From Okamejei kenojei (Eukaryota), in assembly GCA_035221665.1 (NCBI GenBank), contig CM069146.1, positions 44,702,001 to 44,766,000 of the forward strand: 64,000 nucleotides of DNA, in the 5' to 3' direction. Position numbers and translations under genes: made by a program. The notes beneath the pieces were generated by a model. The model worked only from the letters and a program-made list of their open reading frames with translations. It searched no databases and had not been told where the DNA came from. Within the stretch, counting starts at the first letter, position 1. Each line of letters starts with the position of its first letter. Positions 49,691-62,831 of the stretch are shown in pieces.

Positions 49691-52600
49691 CTGATAGCTC
49701 TAGGGAAGATTTAAGTGAGAAGTGCTGTGGGACCACAGCAGAGTACAGAAGGTTGCAATGTCACATTAGATGGCAGTTCAGGTGGCAGATTACTTGCAGA
49801 GGAGACTAGCGAGGAGTATAACAGTATATTAAGTGAAAGCGATAGAGAAATTGTTACTTCAGTACAGTGCCTTGTAACTGTAGTGCAGTATTGTAATGCA
49901 CCTTTTGTCGCAACACAGTATATTTCCCATATTTAGGCAAAATGGGAATTGCAGAATTGAAAATTATTTTGTGTAACACTAATTAAGTTTAAACTCTTAG
50001 AATAGAAAATTTACAGAACCCCTCTGAACTTCAACCATATGAAGAATAAATTGTTTGTTTGCCTTAAAGTTTGGTGCACAAATGCAACAATTATTTCAGC
50101 AATTACGTGCGAGAAAATGTGTACTGAATGTTTCAAAACTGAAGTAACAACCTGCAGTGGAGGAATTCAAATCATAGTTGCTAACACATACATTATACCG
50201 TCATGTAATTTTGAACTGCTCAGATTCCAAATGGAAAACTATAGTAATAGTCACACTGGTAACCAGATACTCCTCTGCTGCTGCTGCACCTGTTGGCTCA
50301 TTAAGAAGCCACCTTACAGCTGAGCATGTAAAACATCATAGTGACTCATACTGTAATAATCAATTGTGACAAGTCAGTTAAGTGGGTCAGTTTATAAAAG
50401 GGAATCCAGTTTCCAAAACAATCACCGATCGTTGGGTGTTAATAGTGTTACATGAATGGACTAACGCTGACTCAGTGGTTCAGTAGCGGTTGATGAAACA
50501 GCTGAACATATCAGCTAATGCAGCCGAAAAATGGATGCTTCAAAATTACACATTTCTGTGGCCAGAAAATTGAGAATGTTTACAAATATGTACATGGCTC
50601 AAAGAAATATAAAAGTAAACTACTGCCATATCTACACAATGCCAGCATTTGGAAAATAAAAGAGTTTATTTAAGAAACACATGAGTAAAGGGTGTCACTT
50701 CAGATGAAGCAGGATAAATTAAAGGGGTGCATAGTAAAATGCACAATGACAGATGCACAAAGTGGATGGATTCAAAGTTCCACAAGCTCCTATTTTCTCT
50801 ACTGCAACATCAGTTAACACCTGCCAGACGAAAACTGATGCCATAGTGGTGTTATATTGCATGCGTAAACCAACACTAGTCTTCGGAATAAATACACAAT
50901 ATAATTTAAACTGCGATGTATTTAACGTCGAAAAAAAGAGAAATGTGAAATACTTTAGTATTTCCATACAATCATATATAGAAACAACACATTAAATAAA
51001 AGGCAGCCAAAGCAACTACTTTTTGTGATACTCTATAACAATTAGGGCTAAATGGCAATGAATATAGCATTGGTTAATTGTGCAGAATCAAAGATGACAT
51101 ACATAGCATTTTGTTTGCTGTCAAATATCATAATTGATAGCGTAATTTGGCCAGACTACCATTTGGCAGTAAGCAGTTTAATGCTATCACCAATGCAGTA
51201 GGAAACAAGTGATTTACAGATGTTTTGCATACTCCAGCACAATTATCTCTGCAAAAACAAAAAAAGATGCAAACTTAGAGAGAGATCCAGGCTGAGTTGG
51301 TTGAAGAGAGAGTGGGCTAAATTGATCAGATTGCACAAAACATAATTTTATTTCTCATATTGCACTGAACACCTGTGTAGTGCATCTTCAATTGCAATGC
51401 CACTACACAAAAAAAATGGAACAAGGCCAACCAAAAGTTGGGAAACCAATACACAAATTTGATCATTACGTTTTAGATCCGTGGGCAGGGAATCAAGGAC
51501 AAATGGGCTAAAGCAATTTGGTCAGAGGTCAACCACAAAATTATGAACAGCAGCAGAATGGGTTTGAGGGGCTCAATGGTCAACTTTGGAGGGAATATTT
51601 TTTGTATCAGATACTGCTGTGTAATCCGTTGCTCTAAATGGTGTCTGCAGCGATCAGCTGTTTCCAGTAACTGACCCGTTGTTGGGTCTAATGGACTGAG
51701 TGACAGATCTGTCACTCCTCTGTCGCACTACTCCATCCGGAGTAAAGTGTGCAACTTGCATAACTTATCTTTAACCTCTTTATATCAGAGGCATTTAACA
51801 ATGTTCAGGTAGTTTAATACCTTTGGAAGGAGAGGTCTGGGTCCCAGCCTACCATCCTTGACAAAGAGCAACATACACCAGCACTATATCTTGAATAATA
51901 CCTTCCAGGTTTGTGGTTTAGCTCAAATTAATTCTGTATCTGGCCACTTCAGCAGAGGCAAACAGTATAATCCTACCATGAATGGAAGCTCTACAGCTAC
52001 TGCTTTCAAATTGCATCCATCATATAATATTTTAACTTTTCAATGTTTATGTATAGCTTGACTGAGCCTGTGGATATCAACATTGTTTCCCTATCTGCAA
52101 AAAAACTAAAATATACTGAGAATGTTGAAGAGAGGTTATTTTACATAGAATGTCAGCAAATTGGGCATTTCTTCACTGGAATAAATGCAATGGAGAATTC
52201 AGGATTAACCTTTGAGAATGTGGTTGGAATATAAACTACACGGTTCAGATGAAAAATACTGGTGCATATAAAGAGAAGCTAGATAATATGAAGTTATCGA
52301 TGGAAACAGCAGAAGTTCAAAGAGTGGCGAGCGTTCTGGAGCACAAACATGCCATAAACCTATTTATTAAAGCAGTCTGTTTCTATGTAATAAATGTGCA
52401 ACATTATGTTGCAACTTTTGTATGGAACACCCAAATCACCCTTAAAATGTAAATAGGGTGAATTTGTCAAAAAGGAACTGGATGATCAGGATTTTGCTTT
52501 AAATTATCGACTCTGGACGCAGTATTGAAACTGATGACAAATAGAGCAAAAACAATTGTACCCACCTTTGTGGGAACAGTTGCAACAAGACATTTGGACA

Positions 52601-53244
52601 TATACAGGAATAGGAACCGTTAAAAGGGTTGTGGGCCAAACGCAGGCAATGTGGACAAGCTCAGACAGACATCTTGGACGAGTTTGGCCAAAGAGACTGT
52701 TTCTGTGCCGTTTAACTCTGACTAATTTACATGTTCACCAACTACCGGATGCCCAGAATCTGTCACACAGTAATGCCATGAGACTACTTCAGTTGAGAAG
52801 AATTAAGGCAAAAACAGTGGCACGCCATCATGCCTCTACTCTCTGCATTTGTGCACATCATCTATCCACTCACCCGAATGTGTTACTTTTGCAGGAAGAT
52901 GAGAATATCATAATACAAGCAGTTGGTGCAGTTCTTGTTTTCAGTTCTTCAAATTAGGGGAACTCACTGAATTGCTGTGCCATAATTTTGATAATGTGAT
53001 TAAGATTTTAAAAATGGAACAGTAACCCACTCATCACTAAATATGTAATTTCCTTATACTTTTTAAACATTGCAGGAAGATGAATTAATGTGTGATCATT
53101 TTATCATTTATATTATTCACAAAATTTAAGTCTGAAGACTTTAAAAATGCTGATAAACAACCCAAATAGCAATAAATATTTATAAGAAGCCTAGATGTTA
53201 GCAGAATCTTATTTCAGTCACCCTGGAAAGTAAAGAGCATAGAG

Positions 53245-53260
53245 TGCTCTCTAGTGGCAG
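53245..53260 (-). promoter_or_regulatory. Candidate CTCF site
   Basis: Minus strand ctgCCACTAGAGAGCA versus the core CCACYAGRGGGCR; motif match only. Confidence 0.35.
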
Positions 53261-54540
53261 GATGTAGGTATCAAATCACAGCAACTAAAGATTTCTGGAC
53301 ACAAGGAGCAATGGCTTATTATTAGTCTTCTTGCAACAGCTTTAAGAATCTTCCACTGAACTGCAAGGCTGTCATTTTTATTTTTATTGCGTTGAAGCTG
53401 AAAGAAATTCTGGTGAAGGCAATAATATGGGTGAACGTAATGGCAACATTTAGTAAATTATATTGATTTCTGACAATCCATCACATACTTGGAAAGGTAG
53501 CCAACTATTTCTAGCATTATAATTTTTTGTAAAACTTTCTTGCTATTGTGTACAAATATAAAAATTAAAATCAAACAGAGTCACCAATGTCTGAATAAAA
53601 GCTTGAGATCATTCACCACTGTTAATAACCTTGCAGGGTTATTTTGCTAGAATCATTAAGTTAGAAGAGAGGTGGGAACTTCAAGGTATATGCTGCAAAG
53701 TAAAGTGCAAAACAGGCTATGAATGGCAAGGTGTATGTGAGTTTAGAAGCCTAAACAGGCTATGAAGAGGAAACAAATACATGCCTTTGGTCATGTTTAA
53801 TTTAACGAAAGATATCTACTAAATGAGGTCAATGAACCTGGTCACCAATAGACATTTACATGAAGGATATTGTAGCTAGTACTGATCTGTCATTAAAAAA
53901 AAGCCAAGAATAGCAGCTCAACTTTCAAACTTTCAAAGTTTTCAGATGTTAGCTAACATTAGCAAACAAGAGTGGGTTAATCTTCTGTTACCATTTTCTT
54001 TGTATTACATTAAAACTTTTAAAATGAAATTGTTTTAATGGTTCATCATTAAATCATTTTAATGGTTTCTATCACAATTATTGGATAAAAGCAAAACTAG
54101 TCATTATATGAAATGCGTGAATTATCCTGTTAAAATAACACCAGACATGACATCACTGGAAAATTTTAAATCTAGAAATCTCATAGTCATTTTAGAAGGA
54201 GCAATGTAACATATTTTTAATGCCCAGAGTAATCATGGATAGCTTTGGACAATTAATAGTGGGGCACCAAGTGAACCTGAGATCAGGTAAAACTCAAGCC
54301 AGACTTCATTCTCAACTAATAGTGTCATAATTACACAAATACAAACAGCAATGGGAATCCTCCCTCATCTCCCTAATAAAAGAACACATAACAACACACA
54401 CTGCTATTAATTCATTCCAACTGCAGTTTCACCCTTGGACAGAGGAGGGAGCAGGGCAATGCGTTTTGTCATCACAAAAAATGTTGTAAATTCAGCTTTT
54501 GTTTACTGTACTAATTTAATTTAGTTTATTATAACATATA

Positions 54541-56075
54541 CAGTGCCCTCCATAATGTTTGGGTTAAAAACCCATCATTTATTTATTTGCCTGTACTTCA
54601 CAATTTGAGATTTGTAATAGAAATAATCACATGTGGTTAAAGTGCACATTGTCAGATTTTAATAAAGGCCATTTTATACATTTTGGTTTCACCATGTAGA
54701 AATACATAGTCCCCCCATTTCAGGGCACCATAATGTTTGGGACACAGCAATGTCATGTAAATGAAAGTAGTCATGTTTAGTATTTTGTTGCATATCCTTT
54801 GCATGCAATGACTGCTTGAAGTCTGCGATTCATGGACATCACCAGTTGTTGGGTGTCTTCTTTGGTGATGTTCTGCCAGGCCTGTATTGCAGTCATCTTT
54901 AGCTTATGCTTGTTTTGGGGGCTAGTCCCCTTCAGTTTTCTCTTCAGCATATAAAAGGTATGCTCAATTGTGTTCAGATCGGGTGATTGACTTGGCCACT
55001 CAAGAATTGACAATTTTTAGTGTTGAAAAACTTCTTTGTTGCTTTAACAGTATATTTGGGATCATTGTCTTGCTGTAGTATGAACAACCAGTCAATGAGT
55101 TTTGAGGCGTTTGTTTGAACTTGAGCAGATAGGATGTGTCTATACACCAGAATCAATTATGCTGCTACCATCTGCAGTTGTATCATCAATGAAGATAAGT
55201 GAGCCAGTACCTTTAGCAGCCATACATGCCTAGGCCATAATACCCCCACCACTGTGTTTCACAGATGAGGTGGTATGCTTTGGATCTTGGGCAGTTCCTT
55301 CTCTCCTCCATACTTTGCTTTTGCCATCACTCTGATACAAGTTAATCTTCATCTCATCTGTCCACAAGACCTTTTTCCAGAACTGTGGTTGTTCTTTTAA
55401 GTAATTCTTGGCAAACTGTAACTTGGCCATAGAATGTTTGCAGCTAACCAGTGATTTGCATCTTGCAGTGTAGCCTTTGTATTTCTGTTCATGACGTCTT
55501 CTGTGGACAGTGGTCATTGACAAATCCACACCTGAAGTGTGTTTCTGATCTGTCAGACAGATGTTTGGGGATTCCTTGGCCTGCCAGTCCCTTTGCGATT
55601 AGTAAGCTCACCAATGCTCTCTTTCTTCTTAATGATGTTCCAAACAGTTGATTTTGGTAAGCCTAAAGTTTGGCTGATGTCTCTAACAGTTTCATAATGG
55701 CTTCTTTGACTTACATTGGCAAAACTTTGGTCCTCACGTTGATAAACAGCAATAAATGTTTCCAAATGTGATGAAAAGACTAGGTGCTGAGAGCTCTCTT
55801 GCATTGAGGAGGCAATTAAACATACCAGAGTAATTTCAAACGCCTGTGAAGCCATGTATCCCAAACATTATGGTGCCCTGAAATGGGGGGGGCTATGTAT
55901 AAAAAACACAGCTGTAATTTCTACATGGTGAAACCAAAATGTATTAAAATCCCCTTTAATAAAATCTGACAATGTGCACTTTAACCGCATGATTTGTGTC
56001 TATTACAAATCTTAAATTGTGGAGCAGTGGCAAATAAATGATGAGTCTTTGTCCCAAACATTATGGAGGGCACTG
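54541..56075 (-). mobile_element. Tc1 DNA transposon of the IR/DR type, full termini, disrupted transposase
   Basis: TA|CAGTGCCCTCCATAATGTTTGGG ... CCCAAACATTATGGAGGGCACTG|CA; ~205-218-bp TIRs with inner direct repeats (54550, 54728); KKVLWTDE, QQDNDPKYT and WPSQSPDLNTIE catalytic motifs. Confidence 0.97.
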
Positions 56076-56554
56076 CAAGGTTTCAGCTCATTCACTCCCA
56101 GGTTCAACTGGCACTCTATTATGAATTGATGCTCTTCTATACAATCCATTTGTTCATGGCAAAAGGACAATTATTTAAGTGGCCGGCTGGGAAACACTTT
56201 GATTAATACCGTGAATGGGGGCAGGATTTTGAATAACTGAATTCAACTTCCATGGAGCACAAAACAGAATTTGGCTAAGTGAGGAATATGGTCTGCTATG
56301 CCCCTGGTGCCGAGGCCACTGAAAAGCCATGAAAATGATCTGGGATGGGTGCATAGATGAACAGCAGAGATCTCAAACCATTTTGGGATTGACACGGGTG
56401 AAATCCTGCAGACATGAGTACCCACAGTGCCAGTGAATAGAAAATTAGATGAACATGGCTGAAAGATGTGCAAGGAAGAGGTTTGAGGGTCAGGCAGAAC
56501 AATTTTGAACATAGTAGGGCTTAAGAGACCAGACAGGGTCAGAACTAACATCCT

Positions 56555-57160
56555 CACAAAACACAAAGTGCTGGAGAAACTTGAGCAACATCGGTGGAGG
56601 GAATGAACAGCAGATGTTTTGGGTCAAAACACTTCTTCCCAAAGTTACCTCCATAGCTGTTGACCTGCTAAGTTCCTCCAGCACTTTGTGTTGTGTTCAG
56701 GATTTCAGGATCTGTAGTTTGTCTCCAAACATCCTCAAACGAGTTTGTTTGTGCTGTCAGAGACTCTTCAGGCTGATTGCAGTAGGAAGTAGAAAGATGG
56801 AAGAGAGGTGGGGGCATAACAAAACCTGTCAAGTGATAGATGGATACATGCGAGAGGGGTTTGATTGCTAGATGGGTGTAGTAAGTGACAAAGGCTACAG
56901 GTGAAAAGGGGACAAAAGAGTGTCAGGAAAGGAGAAGAGGAGAGAAATGCAAAACCAGAAGGAGAGATATAGATGAAAGGAGACAGGTGAGAGGGTGGAG
57001 AAGAGGGACTAAAAGGGAAATGAGGGACTCGAGGATGGGAGATGCATTTACGAAGGAAGAGGGAAAATGAGCATTGTGATGGGGAGGGGAGGAGATAGTG
57101 GAATTGGGGGTGCACTGGGGAAGCACATGAAAGAGTCAGACAGTATTACTTCAAATCAGA
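56555..57160 (-). mobile_element. Penelope-like pLTR remnants including a small fold-back (56561-56691)
   Basis: acacaaagtgctggag / ctccagcactttgtgt inverted pair; purine-rich pLTR body similar to the complement of 16990-17120. Confidence 0.6.
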
Positions 57161-59366
57161 GAATACACTGCTGAAATCAAAGGTTTGCAAAGGTAAAGAC
57201 TTATTAATATGTTCCAAGATGGATTCTTAACTTACATAAAGTTGATCTTGAACAAAACAACTAAATGGAATAGAAATACATTTAAAGTTTGCAAAGGAAG
57301 CCATTAAAATCTCCAATGACCTTTTAAGAATCCATCTTGGAAAGTATTAATTAATTTTTATTACTGTGCAACAGTAGATACAGACAAATCTTTAACAAAG
57401 TCCACAGTGAATGAGATACGGCCGTGGGTTTGTTGGGTGTTAGTTGTTCCTTGATGCCAATCAACATGTTGCAAAACATTTTTGTAAAAGAATACCAAGC
57501 AGTAAATGTCGACGACTAAAGATGGCACAGGTTTGTGTACAGTGCTTCACTCAAGCAAGAGACACAGATGGAAGTGTATCCTTTCATGCTGTTTGAAGCA
57601 ATCCGTGGAATTTGGCAGGAACAAAAGGCGATACGATGCTACACAGTAAGGCAAGAGACGATGACCTTTGGCTTATTGGGTCAACAGGAAGACATGCAGG
57701 AGTGGGGGAAGGGAGGGGGTTGTAGAACTAATAGGGCAGTGCCCAGCTGTAAATATATTTTAAGCTTGGAGGTTCGAGAGGACAGCCACATGAACCTGAC
57801 AGACATTTTGGGGCTAATTAGTCAGTGCTAATAGATCCTTCTGAACAATACATGTCACCATAATTGGGCATTCAGAAATGCTTTCCAGCAAAGCTCCAGA
57901 CACTTGATTTACTAGAGTCCAGGTAAACATTCAGCTTTCAGCCATGCTGTCATGCCCAGGATAAAGTGCTCAATGTCTCAGAGCAAGAATACATGTAACC
58001 AATCCGTATCATTGAATAGCAAATTCACTTCCTTGGAAAAGTGAATGTGGAAAACTCTGCATAAAGATGCATATTTTTAACTGGAGGAATTCACAGATTG
58101 TGTAGAATTACAGTACAGTAACTAACCAGTGCATATATGTTTTTTTTTAACTATCAAAGTCTATCATTATCATCTAATCTGTCATATGTTTATGTGTTAA
58201 CGAAGAAACTGCAGATGCTGGAGAATCGAGGGTTACACAAAATGCTGGAGAAACTCAGCGGGTGCCATATGTTTATATAGCTTTCCCTTAAATGCATCTA
58301 CATTACTCAACTGAACCCATCTCACTCTGGAATTATACATTTTCACCCCATTCCTTACGGAGTTAATACATTCCCAGAAGAAATTCCTTCTGAATTCTCC
58401 ATTTGACTTCTGAGCAACAAGTTTATATTGATCAACTCTTTTTTTCTGTCCCAAGTGAAAAGGAACCATCTATTTTAATAAAAACCTTTCATAATTGAGG
58501 ACCTCCATAACTGAAGACGCCCTGAGATTTGTATTTGATAAAATACCAAATGTATCTATTCTGAAGCATGTAATTTAATAATTCTGTTAACGGGTTTGAA
58601 TTTCTTGCACACTCACTCCCATACCTTTACATATGTTGCATAACTGTATATGGCAATTGGAGCACCGTCAAAGCAAAATTTCATTCAGGATTTAGCAGAA
58701 CCTGTTTTGATGTTTGTTCACATATTGCCTATTCATCTGTTCATGCTTCAGCTGAGCAGGAGAGGCAATGGGCAGACTCTTCCTGCACTTGCTCTGCCAG
58801 CTGTGGCTCCTGTCTGCTCTCATGTGTCCCCAAGGTGGAAGCCCGATCTCATTGCTCTGCTGCATCTTGGTGTCAGGTGACAAGAGGAGTGGGAGAAGGG
58901 AGGGGTGGTTATACAGGTGGTACACAATCGAAGCCCATTGCTGGAGCACCTTGACAGGCTATGACAACTATTTTTAAATGTTTCAAATGGATGCATATTT
59001 AATAAAAAATATTGCAAATTAAAAATAAGCGTAAAACTTTACTCACCTTGCGCTTCCCTTGCAAATCGACATGTGGAAAATCCCATTCTATGTCTGGTCA
59101 GACCTGACGTAGGATCAGAGAAATGTCTCCCAGAAATGATGCTGTGACAGACAGGACCGTCTGCCACTCACTACAACTCAGGTTGGGGACCCTCACTAAT
59201 CTGGGACTTGCTCGTTGGAAATCTGTTCAAAACAATCCCGAGCCAGGAAGATTCATCTCCATGTCTCTCTAACCGTATCCATTTACAAATGTGTAAACAA
59301 CCAAGTTCTGTGCCCTTATTTCACTTGTTATAAAAGATAGTTTCATTTTGCATGCAAGAAGTGTAA

Positions 59367-59643
59367 TGCCCCTGTCCCACTTAGGAAACCTGAACGGAAA
59401 CCTCTGAAGAAGTTACACCACACCCAATGTTTCCGTGAGGTTCCCGGAGGTTTTTGATAGTCTCCCTAATGGTCGAAAGTGGTTTCCGTTTTAAAAATCG
59501 GTAATTTTTTTAGTCGAAGCCGGTTGTGATGCTAGTTGAAGGTGGTTGCCGGAGGACAAAAACCCCCGGGAACCGCACGGAAACCTTGGGTGGGGCGCAA
59601 AGTCTCCAGAGGTTCCGTTCAGGTTTCCTAAGTGGGACGGGCA
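59367..59643. mobile_element. PIF/Harbinger-type MITE (277 bp)
   Basis: TAA|TGCCCCTGTCCCACTTAGGAAACCTGAACGGAA ... TTCCGTTCAGGTTTCCTAAGTGGGACGGGCA|TTA; TWA flanks. Confidence 0.9.
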
Positions 59644-61292
59644 TTAGATAACTATTTACCACTCATAACAAAATGTTTCATGCAGGGAATATATATTGTT
59701 TCTTGGAGAAAATTTGAAAGTATCTTGCTTATTTTCAAAAATTTAAGTATCTTTAAAAGTGAATAGATTGGTTGTCTAAAATATAAATACATGTAAACAA
59801 CTTTGATATGCACCAAGCATGAATTGCCCATCATTTTCCATTTTTTTTCCAGGTTTTTTTTGTCACACATGATGCCATAGACCTCGAAAACTGCTAATGC
59901 GATACTCTTGTTCTGCAATGAAGTGCATTGCAGAACAAGAGTACTGTTCTGCACGTCTTGTTTTCTGTGATGTGCTTTAACGGCTTGGATTAAATCTAAT
60001 GTCATGATTAAGTTTGCCAATAATTCCAGAAGTGACAACTGGGAACAAAGTTCAATATGACAGGAATAAAACTAGAGTAAACAAATTTATCCCAATTGCA
60101 GGATACAGATTACCAGTAAAATCAGGACTGATAGGTGCCAGGTCCTGGAAGATTCAACTCCTTTCCTTGGTTGTTTGACTGAACTATCAGCCTGTAATTT
60201 TCACCACCAAGTTGATAAAAGAGCAGCAGGTGAATTGAAACACCACTAGTTTTAAGTTGTAGAAACAAGGAACTGCTGGTTTACAAAGAAAAAGTGCTGG
60301 AGTAACTCAGCAATTCACACAGCATCCTTGGAGGATACAAAGTGGAAGACACCCCTTCCTTGTAAGTTCCCTTCCAGGCTATGGACAATGCTCATTTGGA
60401 AATATGTCACCAATCCTTCATCACTAGTTGTACATCCTGGAACTCCCTACACAACAGCATTGTGCAGAGAATCTGAGATTAAAAAAGGTGGCTTTCCACA
60501 ACCTATGCTTGAGTTATTAGGGGTGGGTAATTGATACTGACCTTGCCAGTAATGCACAGATTCTAAAAAGTGAATGTGAAAATGTTGAGGAACTACATGG
60601 CTACAGAGCCCAGAACGCAGTAATACTAATAGTTGGGGTTAAGGCAGCATAAGGATGGTTTAATCTGCTGAGGCACATACGTTAAGGAAGTAAATTAAAC
60701 TTGACAACCTAGTTAAACTAGTTATAATACTGTGGACAGTTCTGGCCACCTCACTACATAAAGAATGTGACAGTGGAGGGAGAGCAGTACATTACATGGA
60801 TGTTGACAGGGCAGGAGAGGTGGGCTAGGCTGTAGTTCTATTCTTTAAAACAAAGGAGACTTGAGTTTTAACATGTTATTGTCCTTGTCCTAAATAATTG
60901 TCCTTGATAGCATTAATTGGGTGGACTCATTGACAAGGCAGAGGGGTACTTTAACTGGGAGATTCAGGTAGAAGGTAGAAGCTGGTTGGAAGTTGGGCGG
61001 AAAGCAGAGGAAAATAAAAGTCAAAATATATTGGAGGTCCAGAAATCACCACTGCAAAGATGAATGCAAACAGCACAATTTTGTAATGTGTCACTGAGCT
61101 ACTTCTGAATTTATCTAAAATTAAGGAACTCAACAGAAAATCTTGGTTAAAAATGTGGTTTGATATTAGATTAAGGAATAGAGGTAAAACTATTTCTGTC
61201 AATACTAAATTGATATTACGCTGCAATAGCCATCCTCACATGCAAATAGTTTTAAAAATTAACATTAAAAAAGTCATTGCTCATCAACTTAC

Positions 61293-61463
61293 CCCGTGAA
61301 ACCATTAACAATTTTAAGAATTCGGTCCTTCATTTCTTCATAAGGAACATATTCCACATTCGGATTAGGTGGAGCTCTCGGTTCAGGAGCAGAAGCTCTG
61401 AAGTCATCCATGACTTTTTCCAATTTAAATACAAAGTAGCATTTAAACTGTGACCAGGGAATC
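61293..61463 (-). CDS. PPP4R2: PPP4R2 coding exon (171 bp); most 5' exon in the window
   Basis: tttcag|G ... GG|gtaagt; [57 protein letters not shown]. Confidence 0.97.
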
Positions 61464-62101
61464 CTGAAATCACAACCCATAAAAAAAAATGAACACATGT
61501 AAAATGATGCTATTCTAAATTAATAGAAGTGAAATCAAATTAAAGAACAGCATATACTGAAAAACATTTCAAGTATAACATTATTTTTAAATTAAACTGA
61601 AAAATGACTGTAGACTTTTCTGTTAACATGCAAATTATCCTAAATATTGTGATCTGTAAACTTCACCCAACTGCAGTGCTCTCCAGTAACACGGTCTCCT
61701 GTAATCTTTGTCATTTTTAGACTTGACCTTTATAAAAATACAGTGAACACGTTTTCTTTTTATTAATATTGTATGCATCCACTTCTTATACCAATTTTGT
61801 TGCCACGCCTGACAGTCTTAGCATTCCACATACATGTCTACCTGCCATTTTATAGCAACTTCTAATAAACACTGTTGTTCATTAAATCTGTCGCAGTAAC
61901 AAGGGATGGTCAACCATAAAAACCTCTGCCATTAGCTGAAGACCAAAGTTGGAGGTTCGGCCACAACGTAATCAGTCAAGGTTTATGTTTCACTCGGGGT
62001 GATAAGGTTAGTCCAACAACATTTGTTGGCATCTGTTATGTTACCAGCAGGTAAATAAGCAAGCAGCAATAGTTTCCTTGACAGATTATCTAACGTCATT
62101 A

Positions 62102-62831
62102 TGCTCCTATCCCACTTAGGAAACCTGAACGGAAACCTCTGGTGACCTTGCGCCCCCACCCAAGGTTTCCATGAGTCGCCAGAAGTTTTGGTCACTCGCC
62201 TGAAAAGCCTCGACCGAAGCGTGAGCTGCATCTACTGACCAAAGATCCTACAGGATCTATGCTACCGACCACACACACTCTCTCTCACACACACTCTCAT
62301 CGCGAAGGTGGGGGCCAGGGACGCGGAGGAGCACTGTCTGCGCGATGAAGAGGAAGGTAAACGGCTGCCAGAGCATGGTAAGTCCTTCAGAGGGAGGGAG
62401 GGTGGGGAGGGGGGAGGTGGGGAGGGGGGAGGGGGAGAAAGTTTTAAGAAGTTTAATTAAGTTAGTGGGCATTTTACCTTCCGGCGGATCTTCTAGGTCC
62501 TGAAAATAAAAGATCCTATAGGATCTTTGCTGAAAACTCCAATGAGCCAATCAAAATGGCCGGTCAATGAAGGAGATTGCCTTTGACTGCCTGTAAGTAA
62601 ATAGCGACCCTACTCCACTGGCTTCGACCAAACGGTAACCTATTTTTAGTCGAGGCTGGTTTTGATTTTGTTGAAATAAGCGCAGGAACATAGAAGAAGC
62701 CTCGACCACACGGAAACCACTTTCGACCATTAGGGAGAGTGACCAAAAGCTCCGGGAACCTCACGGAAACCTTGGGTGGGGGGCAAGGTCACCAGAGGTT
62801 TCCGTTCAGGTTTCCTAAGGGGGACGGGGCA
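62102..62831. mobile_element. PIF/Harbinger-type MITE (730 bp), same family as 59367-59643
   Basis: TTA target-site duplication on both sides; ~100-bp TIRs cccacttaggaaacctgaacggaaacctctggtgaccttg / caaggtcaccagaggtttccgttcaggtttcctaag. Confidence 0.92.
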
